Positions 20,765 through 30,990 of a stretch of DNA of 53,771 bases are shown piece by piece. The first letter of the stretch is position 1, and the number at the start of each line of letters is the position of its first letter. The notes below the pieces were generated by a model, which worked only from the letters and a program-made list of their open reading frames with translations, was not told where the DNA came from and did not search any database. The position numbers were made by a program, and so were the translations under genes. This stretch comes from Nitrospira japonica (GTDB lineage: Bacteria; Nitrospirota; Thermodesulfovibrionia; Thermodesulfovibrionales; SM23-35). The stretch spans positions 1 through 53,771 of the forward strand of contig DYFC01000033.1 of the NCBI GenBank assembly GCA_020725385.1, read 5' to 3'.

Positions 20765-21380
20765 GAAGATTTTTTACCATTTCCTCAATAAGATTTTTCA
20801 TTTGTAAATCAATATCAGTAATAACCTCTTGAGAAGAACTTATAACCACAACTCCGTGAGACGGACAAGAAGGGTCTATCTCAAAAGTAATATCTGGATA
20901 CATATTAATAAAATCTCTCTTATATTTATTTATCATTTCATTCAAAGATGGATTTATCTTAATTGTTATCTGTCCTACCCTCTCGATTTTTGTAATACCC
21001 TCTTTAATCATATTAATAACAATTTCTTGATCTATGGATAATTCTTTCATAATTATTTTTTTTGCAATTTCTACTGCAAGTTCAATAATCTGGGGTTCAG
21101 TTTCTTTCAATATTTTATTCTTTAAAACTAAAATTTCATTCAACAGATTATCAATTCTTTCTATCAGAACCATTGCTTTTTTCTCACCCATTGCAAAACC
21201 CGCTTTTTCTCCTTCCTCAAAACCCTGTTCATATGCTTTTCTTTCAATTTCTTCAGTATTGGTTCTGGAAGATTCAAAATATTCAAGTTTTTTTCCTTCA
21301 CTTATCTCTAAAACAGGCATGGAAAAAGGCACGATATTCTGTTTATTCTTACAGTTAAATTTAGACAACAAGTTCTTCAC
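20754..21380 (-). CDS. fliH: Flagellar assembly protein FliH
   Basis: AYEQGFEEGEKAGFAMG GxxxG repeats; between fliG and fliI. Confidence 0.88.
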   Translation of the reverse strand: MKNLLSKFNCKNKQNIVPFSMPVLEISEGKKLEYFESSRTNTEEIERKAYEQGFEEGEKAGFAMGEKKAMVLIERIDNLLNEILVLKNKILKETEPQIIELAVEIAKKIIMKELSIDQEIVINMIKEGITKIERVGQITIKINPSLNEMINKYKRDFINMYPDITFEIDPSCPSHGVVVISSSQEVITDIDLQMKNLIEEMVKNLHGN

Positions 21381-22344
21381 TCCCCCTGTTAGCTATTATT
21401 ATTTTACCTTCAACTTCAAGTTTTCTGGCTATTTTTACGATATTCTGCTGAGCCTTCTCAACATCGGAAAGCTTAACAGGTCCTCTTGTCTGAATCTCTT
21501 CTTTAAGTATTTCTACAGCTCGTTGAGACATATTTTTATAAATTTTTTCTTTGAGTGCTTCGGATGCTGTTTTAAGAGCAAGTGAAAGTTCATCGGTACT
21601 GGTTTCTTTTAATATCATCTGAATTGCTCTATCGTCTAATTTTATAAGATCATCGAATACAAACATTAGATTTCTTATGGATTCTGCAATTTCTGCTTTT
21701 TGTTCTTCAATCTTTGTCAAAACAATTTGTTCTGTTGACCTATCTACATTATTTAATATCTCCGCAACTTTTTTTGTGCCCCCGACTTTTTTACCCCTGC
21801 CTCTTGTAACATCAAGTTGACCCTTTAAAATCTGACTTAAATCCTCTATTGCACTTTCGGGAATCATTTCGGTAGTAGCTATTCTGAAAGCAATATCTCC
21901 TTTAATCTCATCCGGTAAAAATGAAAGTACATCCGCTGCCTGTGTTGGTTCAAGAAGTGAAATTATAAGGGCTGCTGTTTGGGGATGTTCTGTAACAAGA
22001 AAGCCTGCAAGAGTTTTTGGCTCAACCCATTTAAGCGAATCCAGAGGTCCTTCTTTTGAAGCAATTTCAAGTATTCTTGATGCACCTTCTTCACCAAGCC
22101 CTTTGAAAAGAACCTTCCTTGCATATTCTTCACCACCAAAAAACATATCTCCATCCGATATTAAACCTGATGCCTCTCTAAGAACATCATCTATAACATT
22201 CTTACTAACACTTTTAAGTTTAGTCATGTGCATAGTAAGCCTGCCAACTTCTTTTACATTCAGGTTTTTAACAATTTCTGAAGCACTGTCTTCGCCTACA
22301 GTTAAAAGAAATATGGCAGCTTTTTCATAACCATTCAAAGACAT
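21361..22344 (-). CDS. fliG: Flagellar motor switch protein
   Basis: EKAAIFL, EHPQT, GGTK, MFVFDDL, NMSQR, GPVKLSDVE. Confidence 0.97.
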   Translation of the reverse strand: MSLNGYEKAAIFLLTVGEDSASEIVKNLNVKEVGRLTMHMTKLKSVSKNVIDDVLREASGLISDGDMFFGGEEYARKVLFKGLGEEGASRILEIASKEGPLDSLKWVEPKTLAGFLVTEHPQTAALIISLLEPTQAADVLSFLPDEIKGDIAFRIATTEMIPESAIEDLSQILKGQLDVTRGRGKKVGGTKKVAEILNNVDRSTEQIVLTKIEEQKAEIAESIRNLMFVFDDLIKLDDRAIQMILKETSTDELSLALKTASEALKEKIYKNMSQRAVEILKEEIQTRGPVKLSDVEKAQQNIVKIARKLEVEGKIIIANRGSEELVV

Positions 22345-23886
22345 TTAGCTTTCCTTTATCCAATTTTTAATGAGATTTGAAGCTTCCTTTGGATTCTTTT
22401 TAGCCCATTCAATTACATTTTCTCCTAATGGCTTCTGACCTAATTCCATACGCTTTTCAATTTCAGTTACAGTCTGAGGTAACGGGATGCTACCACCCGG
22501 TAAAGCTTTTTGAGTTGCAGAGGGTATGGTTAAACTTTTCATTAATGGTTTAATTACAAATACAATTAAAATAATTAAAGCTAAGATAGGAGCTAAATAT
22601 TTTGAAATATTTATAACAATAGGTAAGATTTCTGTTTTTACAGGAGGTAATTCTTCCTGCGAAACTGCTTCAAACTGCATATTGACAACTTTCACTTCAT
22701 CTCCTCTTTCCTGATTGAACCCTATTGCTTTCTTAACCATCTCTTCAAGTTGTTTTAATTCTTCCTCACTGCGTGGAGTATATTTCTTTTCATTTGAGCC
22801 TTGTTGTGTAATATAAATACCATCAACAAGCACTGCTGCTGTAACTCTTTTAAGTTCTCCGGGCGTATTAATAATATGACTGGTTATCTTACTAATTTCG
22901 TAGTTTATAGTCTCATTTTTCTTTTCTGATTGACCGTGATTTGAAGATAGTTGTGTTGTTTGCTTGTTAGGTAAATTTGAAGCAACACCTGGAACTCCGC
23001 CTGTTGAGCCTGTAATTGATTTTTCAATATTTTTCTGTTCACTTCTGACAACCTGACTTTCAGGATCATATCTTTCTTCAGTCTTCTCTATCTTTGTAAA
23101 ATCGAGCATTGCACTTACTTTTGCTTTAACCTTTCCTTTTCCAACAACAGGATCGAGAATGCTTATAATGCTATTTTCCATATCTTTTTCATAAGTCCTT
23201 TGATACTCAAGTTGATCTTTTGTAAGAGCAAGTGCATTGTTACTTTCCTGTGTAAGCATCTCACCAGACTGGTCAACTATTGAAACATCCTTAGAATTTA
23301 AACCTTCAACACTACTTGAAACAAGATGAACAATACCCTGAATCTGACTATTTGAAAGCCTTCTTCCCGGTTTTAACTTAACAAGCACAGATGCTTTTGG
23401 TCTTTCATCCTCTTTTGTAAAAAGAGTTTTTTCAGGAACAGCCAGATGAACCCTACATTGTTCTATCTCTGTTAATGATCTTATTGTTCTTGCTAATTCA
23501 CCCTGTAATGCTCTTCTGTAATTAAGTTTTTGAACAAAATCTGTCATTGTAAAATTACTTTTATCAAAAAGCTCGAATCCAACACTTCCACCTTGCGGAA
23601 GTCCTTGACTTGCCATTTGAAGTCTTAATTCATAAACACCCTCTGATGGAACCATTATGCTTCCCGCTGATGTTTTATATGGAATCTTCTGCTCTTTAAG
23701 TTTTTGAATTATAACTCCTGCATCTTCTTCACTAAGATTTGAATAAAGTATCTGATAATTAGGCTTCTGCATCCATGAAAATAACAAGATCAAAGATGTT
23801 ATCGTCAAAAGAAGAACAACAAGGAGCATCATTTTTTTCTTAAAAGGCATTAATTTTATATTTCCAGCTATCTGTTCAAAACTCAT
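22345..23886 (-). CDS. fliF: Flagellar M-ring protein
   Basis: GFELFD, RALQGELARTI, RVHLAVP, GGVPGVASN. Confidence 0.96.
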   Translation of the reverse strand: MSFEQIAGNIKLMPFKKKMMLLVVLLLTITSLILLFSWMQKPNYQILYSNLSEEDAGVIIQKLKEQKIPYKTSAGSIMVPSEGVYELRLQMASQGLPQGGSVGFELFDKSNFTMTDFVQKLNYRRALQGELARTIRSLTEIEQCRVHLAVPEKTLFTKEDERPKASVLVKLKPGRRLSNSQIQGIVHLVSSSVEGLNSKDVSIVDQSGEMLTQESNNALALTKDQLEYQRTYEKDMENSIISILDPVVGKGKVKAKVSAMLDFTKIEKTEERYDPESQVVRSEQKNIEKSITGSTGGVPGVASNLPNKQTTQLSSNHGQSEKKNETINYEISKITSHIINTPGELKRVTAAVLVDGIYITQQGSNEKKYTPRSEEELKQLEEMVKKAIGFNQERGDEVKVVNMQFEAVSQEELPPVKTEILPIVINISKYLAPILALIILIVFVIKPLMKSLTIPSATQKALPGGSIPLPQTVTEIEKRMELGQKPLGENVIEWAKKNPKEASNLIKNWIKES

Positions 23887-23889
23887 TTA

Positions 23890-24183
23890 TTAAACCTGCA
23901 TTCTCATTATTTCTTCATACGCACTTAGAAGCTTATTTCTAACTTCAACCATAAGATTAAATGACATATCTGCTTTTTCCATTGAAATTATTGCTTGGGT
24001 AATGTCGCCACCAGAGGTCAATTCTCTGACAGCATTTTCTGCGTCACTTTGTATTTGCGAAAGTTTACCTATTGCTTCATCCATTATTCCATTAAAACCC
24101 TGATCAGTTTCTTTTGTTGTATTTACTGTTTTTTGAATATTATTCAAATTTGGAGTGACATTTATTCTTATATCAGACATCAT
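23890..24183 (-). CDS. fliE: Hook-basal body protein
   Basis: C-terminal VRNKLLSAYEEIMRMQV. Confidence 0.95.
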   Translation of the reverse strand: MMSDIRINVTPNLNNIQKTVNTTKETDQGFNGIMDEAIGKLSQIQSDAENAVRELTSGGDITQAIISMEKADMSFNLMVEVRNKLLSAYEEIMRMQV

Positions 24184-24368
24184 TCCCTCCCGACATCTAT
24201 CTTTCTACTAAATAACAAAGATGGCATTGCTCCTGCGATTTTCTTGCTCGATTCTTCTTTCTTAACTTTCATTTCATTGAGTCTGCTTAGAGTTTCCTGC
24301 ACAAAATCAACCTTTTTAGGTTTTATTTTTATACTTCCTGATTTAAACTTCATTGTTATTTCAGCCAT
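24180..24368 (-). CDS. Hypothetical 62-aa protein inside the flagellar operon
   Basis: Start overlaps flgC stop (TAATG), stop overlaps fliE start (ATGA); GGGAGG upstream. Confidence 0.7.
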   Translation of the reverse strand: MAEITMKFKSGSIKIKPKKVDFVQETLSRLNEMKVKKEESSKKIAGAMPSLLFSRKIDVGRE

Positions 24369-24781
24369 TATTGCCTCCCTAATTCAAGGGTTTTCATGAA
24401 CATTGTTTTTGATATATTAAAAACAGAAACAGATGCCTCATATGCTCTTAATGCCATCATCATGTTGACCATTTCTTCGATTACATTCACATTAGGCATC
24501 GTAACAAACCCCTGTTTATCTGCATCAGGATGTCCCGGGTCATAGACAGTCTTCATGGGAGAATTATCTGTAGCTATATCAACTATTTTAACGCCTTCAA
24601 GAGGTGTGGGATTTTGTTCCATTAATACTGAAGAAAAAACAACATCCTTTCGTTTGTAAGGACCTCCTTCTTCTGTTCTTGTTGAATGCACATTAGCCAT
24701 ATTTGATGCGATAACATTCATTCTTTTTTTCTGTGCATCAAGAGCTGAAGCACTTATCTTTAAAACAGCAAAAGTATCCAT
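24368..24781 (-). CDS. flgC: Basal-body rod protein
   Basis: NMAN..GGPYKRK, YDPGHPDAD, PNVN..EM. Confidence 0.96.
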   Translation of the reverse strand: MDTFAVLKISASALDAQKKRMNVIASNMANVHSTRTEEGGPYKRKDVVFSSVLMEQNPTPLEGVKIVDIATDNSPMKTVYDPGHPDADKQGFVTMPNVNVIEEMVNMMMALRAYEASVSVFNISKTMFMKTLELGRQ

Positions 24782-24782
24782 A

Positions 24783-25142
24783 TCACCTCCTTAATGCATT
24801 TTTATACATTCTTATCTTGGACTGGAGTAATGAGATACCTGCCTGAAATAGCATCGCATTTTCTGTCATTTTTGCAACTTCCATATCTATCTCAACATTA
24901 TTTTTGTCTTCCCATATTTCCGCTTCTTTTGTAACTACTTCGGTTGTAGAACTGATACCTGAAGTATTCATATGTTTTTTTGACGTAGTCGTTAATAATA
25001 ATTCATTATCAAGCTCTTGCTTAAATTTAATATCCTTTGCTTTATAATTAGGCGTATCAACATTTGCAATGTTTGAAGCAAGAACACCATGTCTTGTATT
25101 CGTATACCTTATTAACTGCTCTAACGTCCTGAAACTGTCCAT
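24783..25142 (-). CDS. flgB: Basal-body rod protein
   Basis: SNIANVDTPNYKAKDI, NNVEIDME. Confidence 0.95.
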   Translation of the reverse strand: MDSFRTLEQLIRYTNTRHGVLASNIANVDTPNYKAKDIKFKQELDNELLLTTTSKKHMNTSGISSTTEVVTKEAEIWEDKNNVEIDMEVAKMTENAMLFQAGISLLQSKIRMYKNALRR

Positions 25143-25165
25143 TTATTGACCTTTTTGTATTTTGT

Positions 25166-25181
25166 AACAATAACCATGCCA
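25166..25181 (-). promoter_or_regulatory. sigma54 promoter for flgB operon
   Basis: TGGCAT-GGTTA-TTGTT, 23 nt upstream of the flgB ATG. Confidence 0.7.
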
Positions 25182-25205
25182 AAGCTAAAGTTGAATATAC
25201 AGCTA

Positions 25206-26489
25206 TTAAGATTCATGTATCTTGTATTCATTTAATTTATTTCTTATAGTTCTTACACTTACACCAAGTTTTTTTGCAGCCTTTGTTTTATTTCCGCCAA
25301 CTTCCTTGAGCGTCTGGATTATAAGCTCTTTTTCCATTTCCTTTATGCTTCCAGTTTGTAGCTGTGTTTTTTCATAATCATCAAACATAAAATGTTCACA
25401 CTTTATACTAGCTCCTTCACATAAGAAGACCGCTCTTTGAATTGTATTTTCTAATTCTCTTACATTCCCGTTCCATTGCTTTTTCTTAATAAGGTCAAGC
25501 GCATCTTCTGAAAATCCATTTATTTTCTTTCCAGCAAGATCTGAAAATTTCCTCATAAAGTGCATTGACAGAAAAACAATATCATCCGGTCTTTCACGTA
25601 ATGGTGGAACTTTCAAAGGAAAAACACTGAGCCTGTAATAAAGATCTTCTCTGAATCTTGATTCTGCGCATTCTTTTTTAAGATCTCTATTGGTAGTTGC
25701 AATAACCCTAACATCAATTTTTATAGGTTCCTTGCCACCTATTCTGTCAATTTCTTTTTCTTGAAGCACCCTTAGCAATTTAGCCTGAAGTGTCATTGAC
25801 ATCTCTCCGATCTCATCAAGCAAAATAGTTCCACCATTAGCCAACTCAAATTTTCCTTTTTTTCTGTCTATGGCACCTGTAAAAGCACCTTTTTCATGAC
25901 CAAAAAGTTCTGATTCAAGAAGATTATCAGGAATTGCAGCACAGTTTACAGCTATAAAAGGTTTTTCTGCTCTTTTGCTTAGTTTATGAATATATCTTGC
26001 AAGAAGTTCTTTTCCTGTCCCGCTCTCACCGAGAATTAAGACTGTTATATCACTTGTAGCAAGATTGCCAGCAAGAGTAACAATCTTTTTCATTTCTGGG
26101 TCAACAGTTAATATTTCTTTTTCAATGTATGTCCTTTTAATAACAGAATCAATCATTTCCTTTAAAGAATCGTATGAAAAAGGCTTCTGAAGATAATCAG
26201 CAGCTCCTTCTTTCATTGATTGCACCGCATTATCTACTGTACCGAATCCTGTTATTACAAGAACGGGAAGATTTCCTATTCTACTTCTAATCTCTTTTAA
26301 AAGTGAAAGACCATCCATTCTTGGCATATTCATATCGGTAACTACCATTGAATAATTTGCATTTCTGAGTTTATCGAGCGCATTCATCCCATTTTCACAC
26401 ACAGTTGTATCATAGCCCATCCTCTGTATTGCCTCGTTAAGAGCAATTCTCATTTGAGGGTCATCGTCAACAATCAATACAGGTTTCAT
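25206..26489 (-). CDS. sigma54-dependent response regulator (FleR/FlrC-like)
   Basis: REC + AAA (GESGTGKE, GAFTGA) + Fis-type HTH; flagellar context. Confidence 0.9.
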   Translation of the reverse strand: MKPVLIVDDDPQMRIALNEAIQRMGYDTTVCENGMNALDKLRNANYSMVVTDMNMPRMDGLSLLKEIRSRIGNLPVLVITGFGTVDNAVQSMKEGAADYLQKPFSYDSLKEMIDSVIKRTYIEKEILTVDPEMKKIVTLAGNLATSDITVLILGESGTGKELLARYIHKLSKRAEKPFIAVNCAAIPDNLLESELFGHEKGAFTGAIDRKKGKFELANGGTILLDEIGEMSMTLQAKLLRVLQEKEIDRIGGKEPIKIDVRVIATTNRDLKKECAESRFREDLYYRLSVFPLKVPPLRERPDDIVFLSMHFMRKFSDLAGKKINGFSEDALDLIKKKQWNGNVRELENTIQRAVFLCEGASIKCEHFMFDDYEKTQLQTGSIKEMEKELIIQTLKEVGGNKTKAAKKLGVSVRTIRNKLNEYKIHES

Positions 26490-27634
26490 TTTTCCTCCTT
26501 ACCAGGGAAACAAAGACTAAAAATACTTCCTTTATTAATTTTACTTTTTACTTTTATATATCCCGAATGGGCTTGCATTATTGTGGAAGCAATAGCAAGT
26601 CCAAGACCGGTACCTTTATCTTTGGTACTGAAAAAAGGATTAAATATTTTTTCAAGTATATTTTCATCTATCCCACAGCCTGTATCACCTATTTCAACAA
26701 TGTGCATAGCAGGCTCTTTTATAATCGAGATTGATAGAATTCCTTCTTCATGCATAGCTTGCAAAGCATTAACAATAATATTTACGATAGCCTGTTTTAA
26801 AAGCTCAGCATCACCATTAATTAAACAATCTTTTAATGACCGCTTAATTTTTATTCTTCTTGATTCTATAAGTGGTAAAAACATCTTTATACAGTTATCT
26901 GCTACATCTTTTAAATTCAAAGGCTTCATAACAGGTTTATTTGGTCTGGCAAAGTAAAGCATGTTATTAAGTATGCTGTTTAGATTATCTATCCCTGTGG
27001 CAATTCCATTTGCAAGTTCTCTCTTTGAAACATCTTTAAGTTCATTTGCAAGCATACTGGCATATAAAGAAATACTGCACAACGGGTTCCTTATTTCATG
27101 TACAATTTTTGCTGACATCTCTCCCATTGCGATTAATCTCTGGTTTCTCTCCTGTTGTTGTTCAAGTTCCCGAAGGCGTGTAATATCTTTTATAAGTATA
27201 ACGCTGCCCTTCAAACTATTATTTGTGTGTCTAATATCATATCTTGAGATGATAACCCTATATTCAACATCTTTTGATGTTATTAAAGTATCAGTATTAT
27301 CCTGGATAATTTTTAGGTCAAGGTCTTCAAATCTTCTGCCAATTGCTTCTATTAATTTTATACCGAGAAAAATTTCAGCATATTTATTCATCATTGTAAT
27401 TCTGTCATCCTGATCTGTAACAATAATTGCTTCTTCAAGGCTATAGAGAATTGCATTTAGATATTCTTTGTTTTTTTCTGCTTCGTCAAGAGCTTTCTTT
27501 AGTTCTTTATTTTTTTGTTCGAGTTCTGCTGTAAGATAAGTGACTCTCTTATTTAAAGTCTGATAATAATTTTCCAGACTTTTAGAGGCAATAGCAAAAT
27601 TGTGAAAAGCTTCATTTAATTTATCGGTATTCAT
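26486..27634 (-). CDS. Cytoplasmic PAS sensor histidine kinase (FleS/FlrB-like)
   Basis: AFHNF..SKSLENYY N-terminus, VHEIRNP, DTGCG, GTGLGL; no TM. Confidence 0.88.
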   Translation of the reverse strand: MNTDKLNEAFHNFAIASKSLENYYQTLNKRVTYLTAELEQKNKELKKALDEAEKNKEYLNAILYSLEEAIIVTDQDDRITMMNKYAEIFLGIKLIEAIGRRFEDLDLKIIQDNTDTLITSKDVEYRVIISRYDIRHTNNSLKGSVILIKDITRLRELEQQQERNQRLIAMGEMSAKIVHEIRNPLCSISLYASMLANELKDVSKRELANGIATGIDNLNSILNNMLYFARPNKPVMKPLNLKDVADNCIKMFLPLIESRRIKIKRSLKDCLINGDAELLKQAIVNIIVNALQAMHEEGILSISIIKEPAMHIVEIGDTGCGIDENILEKIFNPFFSTKDKGTGLGLAIASTIMQAHSGYIKVKSKINKGSIFSLCFPGKEEK

Positions 27635-29443
27635 TTAAAAAATCCTTTTCATTCTTTCTTGTATTTCATTTTCTTTTAATACGACCTCTGCAGATTTGCT
27701 GTATATATCATTTTTTACCGTTTCATTATTCTTTATATAATAATTAGAATTATTTTCCTTAGAGAGTTTTGAAACCATATAATAAGTCCAACCCGCATCT
27801 TCAGATGTTAGATCTTTTCTAGTCTCTGGCTTTAATGATGCAACTATCTGATAGAATTTTAGTGCATCAGATTCTCTTCCCATCCTATATAAGGTGTCAG
27901 CAAGTTTTATATAGACCTTTAAAGGAGCTCCAATTTTTTTCAATGCATCCTCACAAAAATCAACAGATTTTTTCATATCTTTCGAAGATTCCAGCAATTC
28001 TGCAAAAAAAACTATATCATTTGGATGCAATTCTTTGATGGAGAGCAAGGTATCCATAGCTTTCTGATAATCTTTTTTCTCCCTTAATATCTTTGCTTTT
28101 ACCCGTAGTATTTCATCGGATTTTCCTTTTACATATTTAATATTTACAGAAGCTTTTCTAACATCTCCAATATCAGCATAAAAATCTGCGAGAAGAAAAT
28201 AACAACGTGCTTTAACATCTGATGTTCCATTATTTGAGAGCCAAGTGCACAATTCCAAGAAAGGTTTTCCTGATGAACGCAGAGCTTCAGCAATCTGAAT
28301 AAGTGATTTTGATCTTTTTGGATCAAGAATGAGGCGTCCGAAAGTATTCCATAATTTCAAGAATTCTTCTGAATTACTACTCATGGACTCAAGAATAATT
28401 GATTCAAACTCATCTATTGCTTCTTTAGGAGGTGATTTTTTTGTACTAATTTCCTTTAGATAATTAATTGCTCCTTCAAAATTACCTTCCTTTTTAAGTA
28501 TTTTTACGAGTCTTAGAATAGCTAAATCATAGTCCTTGCTATAGTAATAATGTTTTTGAATATCCATAAGTATTTTTTTCGCTTCGTCATTTCTGCCTAT
28601 TTTCAAATATGCATCGGATAAATTTATAAAGGCTTTAACCCGTGTCTTTCTGTCAGGGGATTCAGAAGACAAACCGAAATATTTAATTGCCTCGTCATAT
28701 TTAGCTTCACTCATTGAAATAAGTCCAAGACCAATATATGCTTTCAGTTTTACAAACTTATCCTGAATAGCATTGTAAAATACCTTTGCATCCGATAAGT
28801 TACCCGACATCCTGAAATTTTCAGCAAGATTGTATAATGTTTCAGGTGAACTTTGAATATATTCCTTTGCAGAAATAACTGACATATAAAGTTTCCGGGC
28901 ATCCTCAACTCTTCCCATTGACTGATATATATTAGCCTTACCAAGTATTGCTCTTGGATTTATCCCGCCTTCTTCATAATTAAGTAATGCTTCAATAAAA
29001 AGTTCCTGCATAAAAAGTGTGTCAGCGAGACCAAGACGTGCCTCTTCTTTTTTATTTGATTTTGAATAATATCTAAGAAACTGACGATATGTGCTTGCAG
29101 CTTCAGGATAATAACCATTTTTAAAGTAAAGATTAGCTCTTTCAAGAAGAAGTCTTTCTTTCACACTCTCTTCCAAAGCATAAAGATATGAAAGTCTTAA
29201 ATGAGTAATCGCTTCATGTATCTGCCCATTTTTTTCACAAGCTTTATAATAAATGTAATGATATTTTGATAACTCTTTTTCATCTACTTTATATTCTGAT
29301 AGAACTTTTATTGCTTCATCCGGTTTATTGTCAGTTATTAATTTTTCTGCATTTTTTATGGTCAAAGAACCATCAATAACCTCAGCTTTTAGTAAATCCA
29401 AAGGAATCAAAAATAAGACAATACACAAATATATACGTAACAT
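27635..29443 (-). CDS. Exported TPR-repeat protein
   Basis: Signal-peptide-like N-terminus, many TPR-like helices; stop abuts kinase start. Confidence 0.8.
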   Translation of the reverse strand: MLRIYLCIVLFLIPLDLLKAEVIDGSLTIKNAEKLITDNKPDEAIKVLSEYKVDEKELSKYHYIYYKACEKNGQIHEAITHLRLSYLYALEESVKERLLLERANLYFKNGYYPEAASTYRQFLRYYSKSNKKEEARLGLADTLFMQELFIEALLNYEEGGINPRAILGKANIYQSMGRVEDARKLYMSVISAKEYIQSSPETLYNLAENFRMSGNLSDAKVFYNAIQDKFVKLKAYIGLGLISMSEAKYDEAIKYFGLSSESPDRKTRVKAFINLSDAYLKIGRNDEAKKILMDIQKHYYYSKDYDLAILRLVKILKKEGNFEGAINYLKEISTKKSPPKEAIDEFESIILESMSSNSEEFLKLWNTFGRLILDPKRSKSLIQIAEALRSSGKPFLELCTWLSNNGTSDVKARCYFLLADFYADIGDVRKASVNIKYVKGKSDEILRVKAKILREKKDYQKAMDTLLSIKELHPNDIVFFAELLESSKDMKKSVDFCEDALKKIGAPLKVYIKLADTLYRMGRESDALKFYQIVASLKPETRKDLTSEDAGWTYYMVSKLSKENNSNYYIKNNETVKNDIYSKSAEVVLKENEIQERMKRIF

Positions 29444-29454
29444 GCCAATATATT

Positions 29455-29470
29455 TGCAATAATTATGCCT
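29455..29470 (-). promoter_or_regulatory. sigma54 promoter for the TPR-fleSR-like operon
   Basis: AGGCAT-AATTA-TTGCA. Confidence 0.7.
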
Positions 29471-29511
29471 GCAGGTAACCTATTGATATAAAAGGATATT
29501 TATTAAGGATT

Positions 29512-29525
29512 GTCAAGAATCTGAC
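29512..29525. promoter_or_regulatory. GTCA-N6-TGAC palindrome, putative FleQ-type binding site
   Basis: gtcaagaatctgac upstream of a sigma54 promoter; same form at 30971. Confidence 0.55.
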
Positions 29526-30940
29526 TATTTATGGAATTCTATATTTTTCTTTTTAAGTTTTTCTAAAAGGGTTGTTCTATTCAAACCGAGCAACTCTGCA
29601 GCTTTATTCTTCACACCATGGGTCTTCTCAAGAGCTTTAATAATGAGGTTTTTTTCCATATTTTCAATGATAGAATTTAAATTAATTCCTGATTCAGGAA
29701 TTTCCAGATCTTTAAAAGAAACATCAGATGCTTTAGGTTTATAAGTCTCTTTAACAGGAATCTCACTTATTGTTTCATGGAATTTCTCGGGAAGATCAGA
29801 TAATTTCACTATATTATCGGTTACAAGTATTGTCAGTCTTTCTATTAAATTTTCAAGCTCACGCACATTACCAGGCCATTTATATCGCATAAAGCAATCC
29901 ATCACTTCGGGAGAATATTTAAGATTTTCACGCTTTCTTTTTCTACAAAATTTATTTGTAAAATGATCAATAAGCAAAGGTATATCTTCGATTCTGTTTT
30001 TAAGCGAGGGAATATGTAAAGGTATTACATTCAGCCGATAGAAAAGATCTTCCCGGAATTTACCTTCTTTTGTAGCCTTCTCAAGATCACGGTTTGTTGC
30101 TGCTATAATTCTCACATCAACTTTTAATGTTTTAATTCCGCCTACTCTCTCGAATTCACGTTCCTGCAGGACTCGAAGAAGTTTAACTTGAAGCGAAGGG
30201 TCAAGTTCACCAATTTCATCAAGAAACAAAGTTCCTTCATTTGCGAGCTCAAACCTGCCTGCACGTGTCATAACAGCACCGGTAAATGCACCCTTCTCGT
30301 GACCAAATAGCTCGGATTCAAGAAGTTCTCTCGGAATCGCAGCACAATTTAAAGGTACAAAAGGTTTCTGTGAACGTGAACTGTTAAAATGAATAGTTTT
30401 AGCGATAAGTTCTTTACCGGTACCGCTTTTTCCTGTAATAAGAACCGTACTATCTGTATCAGCAACTTTTTCAATCATTTCATAAACTTTTTGCATTTGC
30501 GGTGAATCACCAATTAAACTTTCGAAATTATATTTTCTTTTCAAATGCTTTTTAAGGAGTATATTTTCTTTTTGAAGTCTTGATATACTGATCGCACGGT
30601 CTATAATAATTAAAAGTTCATCGAGTACAAATGGCTTTGTAACATAATCAAATGCTCCAATTTTCATTGCTTCGACAGCGGTTTGTACAGTTCCAAAAGC
30701 TGTAATAATAATCGCCGGGGTTGTAATATTCATCTCAGAGGCTTTTTTGAGTAAATCCAGCCCTCCCATTACAGGCATAACCAGATCGACCAGAAAAACA
30801 TCGAATTTTTCGGACTGTAGAAGTTCAAGTCCTTCCTGTCCATTTGATGCTGTAGTAACTAAATAGTTATTTTCTCTTAAAAAATCCGCGAGGGACTCTC
30901 TTACAGATTCATCATCGTCAATTATTAACACATAATTCAT
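29525..30940 (-). CDS. sigma54 enhancer-binding flagellar master-regulator-like protein (FleQ/FlrA-like, with REC)
   Basis: [18 protein letters not shown]-terminal [18 protein letters not shown]. Confidence 0.88.
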   Translation of the reverse strand: MNYVLIIDDDESVRESLADFLRENNYLVTTASNGQEGLELLQSEKFDVFLVDLVMPVMGGLDLLKKASEMNITTPAIIITAFGTVQTAVEAMKIGAFDYVTKPFVLDELLIIIDRAISISRLQKENILLKKHLKRKYNFESLIGDSPQMQKVYEMIEKVADTDSTVLITGKSGTGKELIAKTIHFNSSRSQKPFVPLNCAAIPRELLESELFGHEKGAFTGAVMTRAGRFELANEGTLFLDEIGELDPSLQVKLLRVLQEREFERVGGIKTLKVDVRIIAATNRDLEKATKEGKFREDLFYRLNVIPLHIPSLKNRIEDIPLLIDHFTNKFCRKRKRENLKYSPEVMDCFMRYKWPGNVRELENLIERLTILVTDNIVKLSDLPEKFHETISEIPVKETYKPKASDVSFKDLEIPESGINLNSIIENMEKNLIIKALEKTHGVKNKAAELLGLNRTTLLEKLKKKNIEFHK

Positions 30941-30946
30941 ACAGAA

Positions 30947-30975
30947 ACTTTAAAATAATTTTAATCTTATGTCAA
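30947..30975 (-). promoter_or_regulatory. sigma70 promoter of the FleQ-like gene (leaderless)
   Basis: TTGACA-17 nt-TAAAGT-6 nt-ATG. Confidence 0.7.
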
Positions 30976-30990
30976 TACTTTGACTTAAGA
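30965..30990. promoter_or_regulatory. Extended palindrome with GTCA-N6-TGAC core, putative FleQ-type site
   Basis: tctta-t-gtcaatactttgac-t-taaga, overlapping the -35. Confidence 0.6.
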
